Positions 8,649 through 18,828 are shown, counted from the first letter of the stretch. The stretch: 64,000 bases of DNA from Candidatus Bathyarchaeota archaeon (GCA_963767735.1 CAVYES010000004.1:1-64000), one strand, 5' to 3'. The notes: a model not told the origin generated them from the sequence alone. Made by a program: numbers and translations.

Positions 8649-9997
8649 TTGAATACGTTTGACTGGCGTCTTTTTCCGAAAGCAGAATTTTTCTTGCAAA
8701 CCGAGCTTGATAAATTCTTGAACAAGAACAATTCGGCGGCAATTTTAGTAAATGATATTGAGCGGAAGACTTCGACAAGAATTTTTGACTGGGTGGACCA
8801 TATGGTAATTACATCAGATGAAGTGGATGCCGACGAACTTTTGAAGCTGGGATTTCACGAATCTAAAACAATCGATGGCTCAATCGCATTTCGAGTAGAA
8901 GGAAGCACACTGTTTCCACTGCTTCTAAAAAAAGGCAAAGCGTCAGAGCTTGCTCTCTCCGTAGAAGATATCGATAACTTTAGAAAAGTCTCTGCCAAAG
9001 AAAAACCGATCCAGGGGTTGCCTAACTCGGGTTTCAGAAAGTTGCTGCTATTTGGCGAAAGCAGCTTTGCGTTCTCGGTTGTTGAGAGACGTGGTTTCTC
9101 AGGTTACGACGTTGAAGATAGCGACGACATTAACTCGTATATCGAGGCATCCAAAACTTTAGGTTCACGCCTAAGAACGTTTAGTTCCACGGAAGAAGGC
9201 ATTTTGGAAACTGAAAAACTCCTTAAAAACCTTGAGTCTAAAATAAGCAAGAAGAGATTAGCTGACGCTTTCTTCCGAGCTGAAAGACGTTATTGGGAGA
9301 GTCGAAACCACGCAGCCATAGTTCAAAAGAGCCGGCAGGATGAAGTCGGCGTTGGCTGGGGCAACGTTGACCATCACACGTTCAGATCTTCAAGACAGAA
9401 CTTTGCCGCTCTCATCAGAATTTTTGAGCTTTTGGGGTTAAATACTCGCGAGAGATTTCATGCTGGCGCCCAAGCAGGTTGGGGTGCTCAAATCTTGGAA
9501 GATTCGGATGGGAGAAATGTTGTTTTTGCCGATGTTGACTTGTCTGGGGAAGAAAAAGATGCTGACTTTGCGCATCGAGGGCTTGAACCACGAGATGAGT
9601 TGGGCACGGTCGGCTTATGGGTAGGTCTTCATGGCGAAAGCATCCTTGAAGCAGGTATGCATCATTTAGCTGCTCGATTCCGCTTCGATGACGTTCGAGA
9701 TGACCTCAAAGAGCATAGGGGTTGGTATGATGAAGCCTTTCTCCAATTTCCCCTTCCTCAAGCAAGCATTCACGGAACCAGAGAAGTGGCAGGTGAAAAA
9801 CGACAAGTTGACCCTTCTTTTGAAGAAACATCAACTAAGCCAGGAACAAGCCTCAGCATTTGCTCGGGACGGCGCCAGTTGCTAGTCACTTAGAAAATAT
9901 TGAGAGAGGTCAAGGTTTTAAGGGGTTTAACCAGAACTCAGTTAGCGCAATCATCAAATGGACCAACCCCTTGGCGCAGCAGGAAAGGTACGCGTGA
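8649..9997 (+). CDS. Uncharacterised glyoxalase/VOC-fold-like (HglS/DUF1338-reminiscent) putative metalloprotein; frameshifts near 9718 and 9877
   Basis: TTG start after AGGAGA; motifs DWVDH, GWGNVDHHTFRSSR, GMHHL; restored C-terminus SHLENIERGQGFKGFNQ...RYA* ends at 9997. Confidence 0.6.
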
Positions 9998-10030
9998 TTT
10001 GCCGCATGCAATAAATGCAGGAGGTAAAGG

Positions 10031-11516
10031 TTGAGGCAGCTGCAGATTTCTGGCGAAGTGCTAACCGATGAGGCTTCCATAAAAAGGTACTCTGTCGACA
10101 TGAGCCACTACCTGGTTAAACCAATGATGATTGCTGTTCCCGCAAACCAAGAGGACATAGCGAAGATAATTGCTTACTCCAAAGAAGAGGCAATTCCTAT
10201 AACCCCACGGGGAGCTGGCTCTAACCAGTCGGGTTCAGCAGTTGGCCCAGGCATCATTGTTCTCTTCTCCAAAATGAACGCCATCACGAAGAGAGCAGGG
10301 CGAAGAGTAAAAGTTCAACCAGGCATAATCCATCAACAACTAGAATCAGCAACTGAACATAGATGGACTTCGTGTTCCTTATGACCCGACTTCCAGCCCG
10401 TTTTGCACCATCGGCGGCAACGTTGCAACTAAAGCAAGCGGCATAAGGAGCCTCAAGTATGGAACAGTTGATTCGGCGCTAAGAAGTCTACGTTTTTTCG
10501 ACACTGCCCACGGATTAATTGTCACTTCACAAGGTCTGCCAGAAAAGCTCGAAGAAGAAATCATCGATTTGAAAAATCGGCTTAGACGCGATAAAGAAAC
10601 AATGCGTATCTTGGACGCCCGAAAAAACCTAAAATCCAGTAGCGGTTACAACTTGAAAAGTTTTTTCGAGCATGAGGAACCCGAAGAAATCGTTACTCAT
10701 CTCTTGGTAGGTTCAGTTGGGACATTGGGTGTCTTCTGCGAGATAGAGTTGGAGGCAGTGCCCTCGCCAAAAAGCACCAGCTTGTACCTGTTGTTCTTCA
10801 CTTCGTTGTTAGATGCCGCCGGAGACGTTGTGAAACTGAAGGTTTTCGAGCCCTCAGCCATCGAAGTGATGGACTCTTATGGCGTTGACTTGTTAAGAAA
10901 CCAAATAGCTGTTCCTTCGGATTGCAGAGCGGTTCTATTTGTCGAGTTCGATTCTAACTTGGATCAAGCAGGCGACCTCATGCTTAGTCATTTGAAGGAA
11001 AAATCAATCAAATTCTTAGTTGAAACTGACGCGAAAAAGCAAGCGGCATTATGGAAGACAAGGGAATCCATGCTTCTTTGGATAATGAACACGCTGGAAA
11101 CACCAACCCGAAGATTTCCACCCTTTGCAGATGACCTCGCCATACCGATAGATCAAATGCCGAATTTTTTAGCTACAATTCAAGACGTATTGGATCGCTT
11201 TGGGACGATTGCAGTAATTTATGGTCATGCAGGCGAGGGAAACCTCCATGTAAGACCTATGATTGCCAAAGATAACTGGGAAGAAAACCTGAGAAGCCTA
11301 TCCGACTTAATCTTCAAAGCAGCATTGAACTTTGGAGGCACCATTACGGGTGAGCATGGGCTTGGAAGGAACAGGTCTATGTACCTGCGCAACGAGTGGG
11401 GAGACAAAGTCTATGGATATTTTGAGCAAATCAAAAAAATCTTTGACCCCGAAGGACTACTGAATCCAGGTGTAGTGTTCACGTCGGATGATTTAACAAA
11501 GAACCTCAGATTGTGA
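10031..11516 (+). CDS. FAD-linked oxidase / D-2-hydroxyacid dehydrogenase (GlcD/Dld-like); frameshift near 10343
   Basis: PRGAGSNQSG, restored DPTSSPFCTIGGNVAT, SGYNL, GSVGTLG, YGHAGEGNLH, GTITGEHGLG, FDPEGLLNPG. Confidence 0.88.
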
Positions 11517-11952
11517 AAAGCTTCCTAACTCTGATTGGCTTGAGGCATCCTTTGGGCAAAAATAATTGGACGTAATAAGTCAAATTTGCCTTGGCGAACC
11601 TTTCGTTTACATGGTACGAGCATTGGGACGGGATTTCATGGCTGGTAGGTGCGTCTCGCGCCGTGCCAACGTTGATCCGCCAAGGCTATTGAACCAGTGG
11701 TGACGGTAGCTGCCTTGTCCGGCAAATCTATTTAGGGCAAGCCAGAAATTAAGAGTTGCACCAATATTCTATTTAGAACATATAAAAAGAAATCAGGAAA
11801 GCCCGATATTTTTTGGGTGCACGATGGTTTAGCATGAAAAATTTTCTCAATAATATCGCGTGTTTATGAAGCATCAAGTATCACTATATAGATTATGAAG
11901 TATACGCCTAAAAACCTCTTCAAGATTGTTTTTAGCAATCAGTGAAGCAAAC

Positions 11953-12126
11953 ATGATGTCACAAGATTGCGATGATTGTGGTTTCCTCAAGGATTGCAGT
12001 AAACGCCAGCAGAAAACAGCTAAAAATAAAAAAACCTACTGCGCCCATGAAAAAGCACGGTTATTAAACGATTTTTTTCCAGCTATAGATTCGGGTTATT
12101 ACAATCAGGTAAAAGGAACGAGTTAA
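11953..12126 (+). CDS. Cys-rich microprotein (CDDCGFLKDCS)
   Basis: 57-aa ORF from ATG 11953; shares a motif with the next ORF. Confidence 0.5.
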   Translation: MMSQDCDDCGFLKDCSKRQQKTAKNKKTYCAHEKARLLNDFFPAIDSGYYNQVKGTS

Positions 12127-12127
12127 T

Positions 12128-12289
12128 ATGTACAAAACTATAATTTTAGATTGCCAAGATAAGGATGTTATTTTCAATTGCGATGACTGCATAGTTTTTA
12201 AAGAATGCTCTCTCGCCAAGAAAAATACTGAGGAGCTCGTTGATTCAGTAAAAACTGACAATGTTGAAATCTTCGTAAGTCATGTTTAA
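12128..12289 (+). CDS. Cys-rich microprotein (CDDCIVFKECS), 53 aa, not in the ORF track
   Basis: MYKTIILDCQDKDVIFNCDDCIVFKECSLAKKNTEELVDSVKTDNVEIFVSHV*; starts 1 nt after the previous stop. Confidence 0.55.
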   Translation: MYKTIILDCQDKDVIFNCDDCIVFKECSLAKKNTEELVDSVKTDNVEIFVSHV

Positions 12290-12420
12290 GCATTCGCCCT
12301 ACTGCCTACGAGAAAATCTCATTCGAGAATGTTTTTTGTAAATAAACTATATATTCTATTTTCACAGCTTTTAACTGCAACTTAAGTCGTGTCAATTAAT
12401 ACACTACAGGGTAATTCGTT

Positions 12421-12699
12421 ATGAGACGAACGAAACTCGAATTGTACATCAACGTTCTTAAAATCGTAGCTCAAAGCGGCTCGCTTAACTTCAGTAAACT
12501 TGCTCGTGAAAGTAATATCAGCAGCAGCGGACTAAAAAAATACTTAGACTTTCTTTTAGCTCAAGGCATGCTTGAAAAACAAAAAATGGGCAAGCAAAAA
12601 ACGACTTATTCGATTGCGGAGAAAGGCATTAAAGTCCTCAGATACTTTAACGAACTAAAACAAGAGCTTCAAATAATTAATCAAGCCGAAGAGTCTTGA
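12421..12699 (+). CDS. Small archaeal winged-HTH transcription regulator
   Basis: MRRTKLELYINVL...LKKYLDFL...YSIAEKG pattern. Confidence 0.8.
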   Translation: MRRTKLELYINVLKIVAQSGSLNFSKLARESNISSSGLKKYLDFLLAQGMLEKQKMGKQKTTYSIAEKGIKVLRYFNELKQELQIINQAEES

Positions 12700-12806
12700 A
12701 AGCGACTTTCAAATAAAGACCCTCATAAGACGTGCTTCTGCACACTTTACTTATTTTATTCTTTACCATATAATTTAGTGGCGAAAGTTGGTGAGGTTTG
12801 GGGTTT

Positions 12807-13172
12807 TTAGGTTAAAGTTGAGCTTTTTTTCCTGAATTCTTCTATCGTTTGAGGCTTCTTGCGCCCGTCAAAGGCGTGATGCATCGCCAAACCTGGACTG
12901 CGCAAAAGCATTCTTGGACCCGAATACCGCATGACCTTCTTCACTTTCTCCCTCATCTGAGGTTGATAACAGTGCACCAGGCATTTGCCGCATGTAGATT
13001 TCTCTTCTTGAAAAGGACACTTGTCTAATCGCAAGAAAGCGTACGACAAAAACTCGGTGCATTCAGGACACAGGTCATTCCCCTTGGTTTCATGATGTCC
13101 TCTGCAGTATATGTGAACCATAGCCTCAATAGTTTTTTTCTCTCTCGTTATACGTGGATGCTGCTTACTCAT
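12807..13172 (-). CDS. YgbA / nitrous oxide-stimulated promoter family protein
   Basis: REKKTIEAMVHIYC..HH...LCPEC...RLDKCPF.EEK..C.KC..HCY...MRYSGPRM; start ATG 13172. Confidence 0.88.
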   Translation of the reverse strand: MSKQHPRITREKKTIEAMVHIYCRGHHETKGNDLCPECTEFLSYAFLRLDKCPFQEEKSTCGKCLVHCYQPQMREKVKKVMRYSGPRMLLRSPGLAMHHAFDGRKKPQTIEEFRKKSSTLT

Positions 13173-13649
13173 TTGTAACTCTCCTGCTTTAGTTGATTTG
13201 CTATTTTTCTGCCGAAGTCTTTGCATTTAGGCAGTTCTCCCTCCGACTATCGGACCAGGTATCCCCTGCACTCTTATTGATAGGCTGGGTGAAATCAGTT
13301 TTAGGTTAGGCAGCTTCTTTTCCACCAGTTTTTCTAGTTTTTTAACCGCTCTATCAGGATCTCTTACCCGCCCAGAATATGTGCCGAAAACTGCCGCATT
13401 CTTTGCTTTCACATCAAGTTCAGCCAACCCGTTAACAAACTTCTTCATGGTTTGGGAATGCCTACCCATATGATTGGGCGCACCCAAAACTATGGCGTCG
13501 TAATTAGCCAATTTTCCAACATCGATTTCTTTGACGTAGCCAACGGCAACTTCAATACCCTCAACTTCTCTTATTCCCTCAAAGATGTTTTCCGCAGCGA
13601 TTTTCGTATTGCCGTATTTCGAGTCGTAAACAACAAAAACTTTTACCAT
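13169..13649 (-). CDS. Flavodoxin domain protein; frameshift near 13245
   Basis: VVYDSKYGNT FMN loop; restored C-terminus EGELPKCKDFGRKIANQLKQESYK* overlaps the next ATG. Confidence 0.85.
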
Positions 13650-13666
13650 AGTCGCATCTCCACTTT

Positions 13667-13921
13667 TCAGGTTTTTCGGGATTCGATGATGCCTCGGCAT
13701 TTGTCGGCGTACTGGCAGTATTCTAGGCATGCTGCAGTCTTATCGGGGCGTTTCCATTCGGCTCCGCATTCGGGGCAAACTGTTTTGTCCTCGTCACTCC
13801 AAATTTCCAGGTCGCCGCCGCAAACATGGCATTTAATGTAGGCTGGTTTAGGCTGCAGCATGTCCCGCAGTCCAGGGCATGTTTGAGGGTTCTTTTCTAT
13901 GGGTTTGTCTTTAGAGCTCAA
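13667..13921 (-). CDS. Small Cys-rich metal-binding protein
   Basis: CPG...CHVCG..EIWSDE...CPECG...CLEYC..A.KC. Confidence 0.75.
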   Translation of the reverse strand: MSSKDKPIEKNPQTCPGLRDMLQPKPAYIKCHVCGGDLEIWSDEDKTVCPECGAEWKRPDKTAACLEYCQYADKCRGIIESRKT

Positions 13922-14561
13922 CTATTTCGCCTCCAATTTTTACCTCATACTCTTTAACTGGAATTTGCTTGCCTGATAATTCAAGTGCCTTGTTTACCGC
14001 CCATTTTAAGCCAGTACAGCAGGGCACTTCCATATGGGCAACGGTCACGGTTGCGATGTTGTTTTGTTGGAAGATTTCGGCTAGTTTTTGTGCGTATGCT
14101 CTGGCGTCGTCGAATTTCGGGCAGCCAATGATGACTCGTTTCCCAGACATTAGAGTGTCGTGGAAATTTTTGAGTGCAATAGGGGCGCAGTCAGCGGCAA
14201 ATAGCAGGTTGGCATTTTCGAAGAACGGAGCCTTCGTCGGGACAAGATTTAGTTTTACAGGCCACTGGGGCTTTTGCGGTGTCGAGTTGGCTTGGATGTT
14301 TATAGACGATGCAAGGATTGTTTTGTTTTTGAGGTGTTCGTGGGTTTCGTTTTCGTCGAAGGGTTCTGCTTCGCGTTCTGTTAATGTTATTGCTCCTTGG
14401 GGGCATTCTCCCAAACAGGCGCCTAAACCGTCGCAGTAAACCTCTTTGATTATTTTTGCCTTGCCGTTTACTATTTGGAGGGCGCCTTCTGCACATTTGG
14501 GAATGCAGTTGCCGCATCCATTGCAGAGCGTTTCATTTATGTTTACAATTTTTCTTTTCAT
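13911..14561 (-). CDS. 2x[4Fe-4S] ferredoxin-domain protein
   Basis: CNGCGNC..KC and CDGLGACLGECP; QWPVKL, ADC, GCPKFDD, MEVPCC; start MKRKIV at 14561. Confidence 0.88.
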   Translation of the reverse strand: MKRKIVNINETLCNGCGNCIPKCAEGALQIVNGKAKIIKEVYCDGLGACLGECPQGAITLTEREAEPFDENETHEHLKNKTILASSINIQANSTPQKPQWPVKLNLVPTKAPFFENANLLFAADCAPIALKNFHDTLMSGKRVIIGCPKFDDARAYAQKLAEIFQQNNIATVTVAHMEVPCCTGLKWAVNKALELSGKQIPVKEYEVKIGGEIVEL

Positions 14562-14884
14562 TATACGTCTTCTCCGTTTAGGCATTTTCCGCCTCTTGGG
14601 CAGAATTTTTGAGCGTGATTTTCGATGGCTCCAAAGATAGGGAGCAACGTTTCTTCGTTGACTGTGTAAACGTGTTTTTTGCCTTGCTTTTCGATGGCAA
14701 TGAGATTGCATTCAAGTAATGGTTTGAGGTTGTGTGAGATCATGCTTTGTTCTTGTCCGAGTGCGGTTGCAAGTTCGTTTACACTCATTGGTTTTTGTAT
14801 TAACTGTTCGAGTGCGGCGAGTCTTGTGGGATTTGCTAGGTTGCTGAAGAATCGGTAGCAGATTTTTGTGAGCCCTTTTTTCAT
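14561..14884 (-). CDS. ArsR/SmtB-family transcriptional regulator
   Basis: LANPTRL...MSVNELA..LGQEQSMISHNL; C-terminal CPRGGKC. Confidence 0.88.
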   Translation of the reverse strand: MKKGLTKICYRFFSNLANPTRLAALEQLIQKPMSVNELATALGQEQSMISHNLKPLLECNLIAIEKQGKKHVYTVNEETLLPIFGAIENHAQKFCPRGGKCLNGEDV

Positions 14885-14910
14885 TTTTTCTCATCTCGCC
14901 TTAACAATGC

Positions 14911-14942
14911 ATGAAATATATTTCATATGAAGTATTATTCAT
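14911..14942. promoter_or_regulatory. Tandem palindromic operator ATGAA-N6-TTCAT, probable ArsR site
   Basis: Perfect palindrome ATGAAATATATTTCAT (14911-14926) abutting ATGAAGTATTATTCAT (14927-14942), upstream of the arsR-like gene. Confidence 0.7.
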
Positions 14943-15092
14943 ATAAACCTGCTGGTCAAAAAATCAAAAATCGAAAATATGCTCCTTGAGAGCTTAAAAA
15001 TTGCACGCTAGAAATGTCTTAAGGGATCCACGACTGCATTAGCATTAAATACCTCAATTAAGGGTGGGCCTGAACTTTTATAAAAAACTTAG

Positions 15093-15623
15093 CAGAATAC
15101 CTGCCGCGTTAGCGGCAGGATGAATGCGTCCAACCCGCAGTTCTATTAGCCGTTCAAGCCGATAGGTCTGTCACCATTGGATAAGGGGGGGTGATAGACT
15201 TGGAGAAAGCAAGATCGTGTGCTTACCAAGCTAACTACCACCTTATCTGGGCCACCAAATACCGGCGCAAGGTACTTCTAGGCTCAGTTGAGGTTAGATT
15301 GGAGGAAGTACTTAAAACGATTGCTACTACACACGGCTTCCAACTGATGGCTGCCAAAGTTCATCATGGCGACCATATTCACGTGTTTGTTTCAGCTCGG
15401 CCAAAGCTATGTATACCTGAGATGGTGCGTGTCTTGAAGTGTAATTCTGCTAAACTGCTGTTTGAGGAGTTTCCTGAGATTAGGTTGCAGCTTTGGGGTG
15501 GGCATTTGTGGTCTGAGGGCTATGCTGTAAGAACTGCAGGCGTTGTTACTAGTGCGAAAATAGAGGAATATATCAACAAAAATTAGATGTGGATGCTCGC
15601 CTCGGAAGAGGCGAGTAGTTCAC
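15093..15623 (+). mobile_element. Minimal IS200/IS605-family element (tnpA only)
   Basis: Left hairpin CCTGCCGC-GTTA-GCGGCAGG (15100-15119), right hairpin CTCGCCTC-GGAA-GAGGCGAG (15596-15615), ends in TTCAC; left boundary approximate. Confidence 0.85.
15191..15586 (+). CDS. tnpA: IS200/IS605 Y1 HUH transposase
   Basis: YHLIWATKYRRKVL, HUH motif DHIHVF, LWSEGY, catalytic Tyr in IEEYI. Confidence 0.95.
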   Translation: MIDLEKARSCAYQANYHLIWATKYRRKVLLGSVEVRLEEVLKTIATTHGFQLMAAKVHHGDHIHVFVSARPKLCIPEMVRVLKCNSAKLLFEEFPEIRLQLWGGHLWSEGYAVRTAGVVTSAKIEEYINKN

Positions 15624-15661
15624 TAGGTAAAGTCAAACTAACCTGTTGGGTGGCGATTGCA

Positions 15662-16499
15662 ATGTCGATTACGGTTGGCGAAGAGTTTGATGACATATCC
15701 GAAATTTATGATTCCACTCGACCCGCGGCAACGGATGCTGAGATCCGTGCGGTTTCAGTTGAACTTGGAGACTGCTGCACAGTGCTTGATGTGGGCGTGG
15801 GAACGGGAAGGTTCTCGAAGCCTCTTGGTGATCTCGGGTTTGAAATGGTCGGAATAGACTTCTCCCGCAAGATGCTGCTCAAGGCAAAACAGAAAGGAGT
15901 CCCCAACCTCATATTAGCCGATGCGCGCCATATGCCCTTCAAGGACGGAACCTTTGATGCTTCTATCATAATTCATGTTCTCCATCTTCTTCCGGATTGG
16001 TTAAGCGTTGCACGGGAAATGGGTCGAGTAACAAATAGTAAAGTTGCAGCGTTATATTAAACAACGGGCATGGAGAATGGGGCATGGCAACGAATGCTTC
16101 AGGCAATTCGACGTCACCAGTTTATCCTGAGCTTTGGATTCGCTACGCTAAATTAAGAGAGGAAATGGGATATCCAATTAAACGGAACAGGCGCATGTGG
16201 CACAACGAAGTGGAAGTCCGGGAAAAACTGCCCCCGATGAAAATTATAGAGGTAAGCCATGAAGTCATAACGACGAATCTGAGTGAGATAGTGACAAGAT
16301 TTCAACAAAGACCCTATTCTCTACAACGGGACATATACCTATAGAGGTTCATAACAAGATAATCCAGAAACTTTTTGCCTCAACAGAAAACGCTGACCCT
16401 ACAGTGGAGACAGAATCCGTTCTCCGAAACAAGCAGATAACTAGACGGATAATCAAGGAACTTGCCATCTGGCGACCTGACCAGCTATACCCAGGATAA
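15662..16499 (+). pseudogene. Class I SAM-dependent methyltransferase, two frameshifts (near 16055 and 16335)
   Basis: VLDVGVGTG, GIDFS, ADA..MPFKDGTFD; frames continue to ...WRPDQLYPG* at 16499. Breaks may be assembly errors. Confidence 0.7.
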
Positions 16500-16604
16500 T
16501 CCGTTTTTTTCAATTCTTCACTCGCCGATAAGGGAAATTCGTGCATATTGACGCGTTTTTGGCGATAGGCAAAAATATGAGGGTACTCCCAAGGACATTA
16601 GGTA

Positions 16605-16958
16605 GTGATGATGAAATCCGAATTTGGCTGGATAAAAGTCAACGGCGTCACGTATGAAAAAGACATAATCCTTCACGCCGATGGAACAGTCACGAAAAGG
16701 GAGAAGAAAAAATCCAAGGATTTGAAGCCCATCTATGGTCACACTCCTCTTTCAGAACATGAACTAGATTTTCTTTCAAAAGAAAAACCCAATGTAGTCT
16801 ACGTCGGAACCGGTCACCAAGCAGCTCTTCCCATTACACCAGAAGCTATGTTGATCTTGAAAAAATATAAAACCGTTATTCTACCAACACAAGAAATAAT
16901 CGAGAAAATAAGCCAAGACCACAGAAAAATGGTCGCATTAATCCACATAACATGTTAA
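16605..16958 (+). CDS. Mth938/AAMDC-like (DUF498/DUF598) protein
   Basis: FGWIKVNG.TYEKDII, VVYVGTG, C-terminal ALIHITC. Confidence 0.85.
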   Translation: MMMKSEFGWIKVNGVTYEKDIILHADGTVTKREKKKSKDLKPIYGHTPLSEHELDFLSKEKPNVVYVGTGHQAALPITPEAMLILKKYKTVILPTQEIIEKISQDHRKMVALIHITC

Positions 16959-17070
16959 TTACTCCAAGAGTATCCATATACGACCACGCACTGCAATAGT
17001 CCTCTGTAAACCAGTTGATTTTAATCTCGCGCTGTGCCTTTCTAGACGGTGTAATGGAGGGCAGGGTCTT

Positions 17071-18000
17071 TTGGAAAGAGCCATGGCGAAGACACGGATT
17101 GTCTTGTTATTGGTCATACTTTTGATTGTAGCAGTCAGCCTCTACTACGTTGCACAGAAGGAGCTGTCAAAGAACCCTAATACTTTGACTTCTACGCCTA
17201 TCCCAAGCTCATCGCCTGCTCCTACGCCGACGGCAACTCCCATCCCTGTAAATGAAGGCGCGTTAAAAGTAGTTTCGGTCAGTATTCTTCAGCCCTATAA
17301 CCCAGGCGGACCCACAATCGAAGTCACCCTGCAAAACAACGCAACCAACCCAGTGGTAAGCCTTCAAGCGACATTGACCTTACCCGGACACAACTATACC
17401 TACGTTTTCGAAAACGTTTCTTCAAGCAACCCGCTATTGCCCAATCAAGACACATCTCAAACAGAAACCCTGATTAACGCCGGATTTGAAACAAACCAAA
17501 CATACCTGATGGAAATCAAAGGAACTCTTCAAAACGGTTCTGCGTTCGATTTCACCGCCACTGTGACAATCCAATATTCCAATCAGTACGTGGCGTCGGG
17601 AGGAAACAGCACTCTTGAGCTCACCATGACCCTTGACAAAACCTCTTACTTTTTAGGCGAACCTGTCAACCTAACTTTGACCCTCACTAACGTCAGCAAT
17701 CAGACAATAAACTATGAGCACACAGGATTAGATTTTGATTTTCAAGTTTACAACGGCACGAACAGCCCAGTGTACCAGTGGTCAAATTTCCAAGCCATAC
17801 CCCAATTCATAGCCCTCGAACCGCTTCATGCCGGAGCAAGCATTTCGGCCAACTTCACTTGGCTACAAACATGCAATTTCAACGCCCAAGTTCAGGGCGA
17901 CCTAATCTTGCCGGGAACCTACTACATAGTTGGCCAAACTGGACCAATATACGGAATACAGACTACACCGATACAACTCACAATAATTGAGGAGCCTTAG
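17071..18000 (+). CDS. Secreted/membrane-anchored protein with Ig-like domains (C-terminal BsuPI-like)
   Basis: N-terminal TM, Pro/Thr linker, DKTSY..GEPVNLTL.LTN...FDF.V...VYQWS...PGTY. Confidence 0.7.
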   Translation: MERAMAKTRIVLLLVILLIVAVSLYYVAQKELSKNPNTLTSTPIPSSSPAPTPTATPIPVNEGALKVVSVSILQPYNPGGPTIEVTLQNNATNPVVSLQATLTLPGHNYTYVFENVSSSNPLLPNQDTSQTETLINAGFETNQTYLMEIKGTLQNGSAFDFTATVTIQYSNQYVASGGNSTLELTMTLDKTSYFLGEPVNLTLTLTNVSNQTINYEHTGLDFDFQVYNGTNSPVYQWSNFQAIPQFIALEPLHAGASISANFTWLQTCNFNAQVQGDLILPGTYYIVGQTGPIYGIQTTPIQLTIIEEP

Positions 18001-18171
18001 ATCAGCCACGGAAAATACGTCTTGCTGAGAGTAGTGAAGAGCCTATTGGTTCACACAAAACAGGTTTCAAATAACAAAAGTTATCTTTTCCTAAATTCTC
18101 TGAATTGAAATCACATGAATGGAGAAGCAACCTGCGATCTCCGCTGTCCCAGTACAGAGAGGTTGCTGAAG

Positions 18172-18828
18172 TTAGTTTTTCGGTTGGTCTTTTTTTAGTT
18201 GTATCGCGCTATAGTGTCGCTCAGCCAAAGCCAAAATTAACGCAGCTACCCAGATCAAAAATCTAACTTGCGTTCCATAAATCTGGATAGACCAAAATAC
18301 TGGAATTGCTGAGGCGAAAAAGAGGGCAGCAGACAAGAGCCAGCGGTTTCGTTCTGTTCTAAATGGTCCAATTAGATCTGTGGGAACGAGTTTTCGGTCT
18401 TTTGTGGCTATCTCGTTGCAGAAAAGCCCGAGCATCAGCGTCATTCCGCCGATGTCAAAGGCAAAAAGAGTGGAGGCCGTGTTAAAAAAAGAGGAAGTTG
18501 CAACTCCGGTTACGGAGCTTTGAAGTACATTATATAAGAACGGCTCAATAGCTACGCAAAACAGTAGAAGAATATTTGCCAAAAGTGTTCTGCGCCTCTC
18601 TAGTGGCAGCACAGACATAATTCGTGTGTAGCGGAGCCATGTTGAAATGAGAATGTAGAAGCTGAAAGCGAAGGTCGCAACGTCCTGATATATTGCAAGG
18701 CTAGTCTTCGGCGGGTTCTCTACAAGAGAGATGGCACCTATAGATAACGCGAGTCCAAATATTAGGTCTGAGAGACCTTCAATCCTCGGTTTAGGTCTGG
18801 TTGGTTCAGGCTTCTCAGTCTCAGACAG
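18172..18828 (-). CDS. TMEM175 (DUF1211)-like potassium channel
   Basis: Frame open 70 codons upstream of the listed ATG 18618, encoding RIEGLSDLIFGLALSIG (TM1-like) and W..Y; only plausible start is CTG 18828 after GGTG. Confidence 0.75.
   Translation of the reverse strand: MSETEKPEPTRPKPRIEGLSDLIFGLALSIGAISLVENPPKTSLAIYQDVATFAFSFYILISTWLRYTRIMSVLPLERRRTLLANILLLFCVAIEPFLYNVLQSSVTGVATSSFFNTASTLFAFDIGGMTLMLGLFCNEIATKDRKLVPTDLIGPFRTERNRWLLSAALFFASAIPVFWSIQIYGTQVRFLIWVAALILALAERHYSAIQLKKDQPKN

Noticed and set aside
8130-8778. ORFs 8130-8324, 8173-8607, 8220-8432 and 8470-8778
   Set aside because: Low-complexity translations of family B repeats or antisense overlap; a 10-bp period is not codon-compatible.
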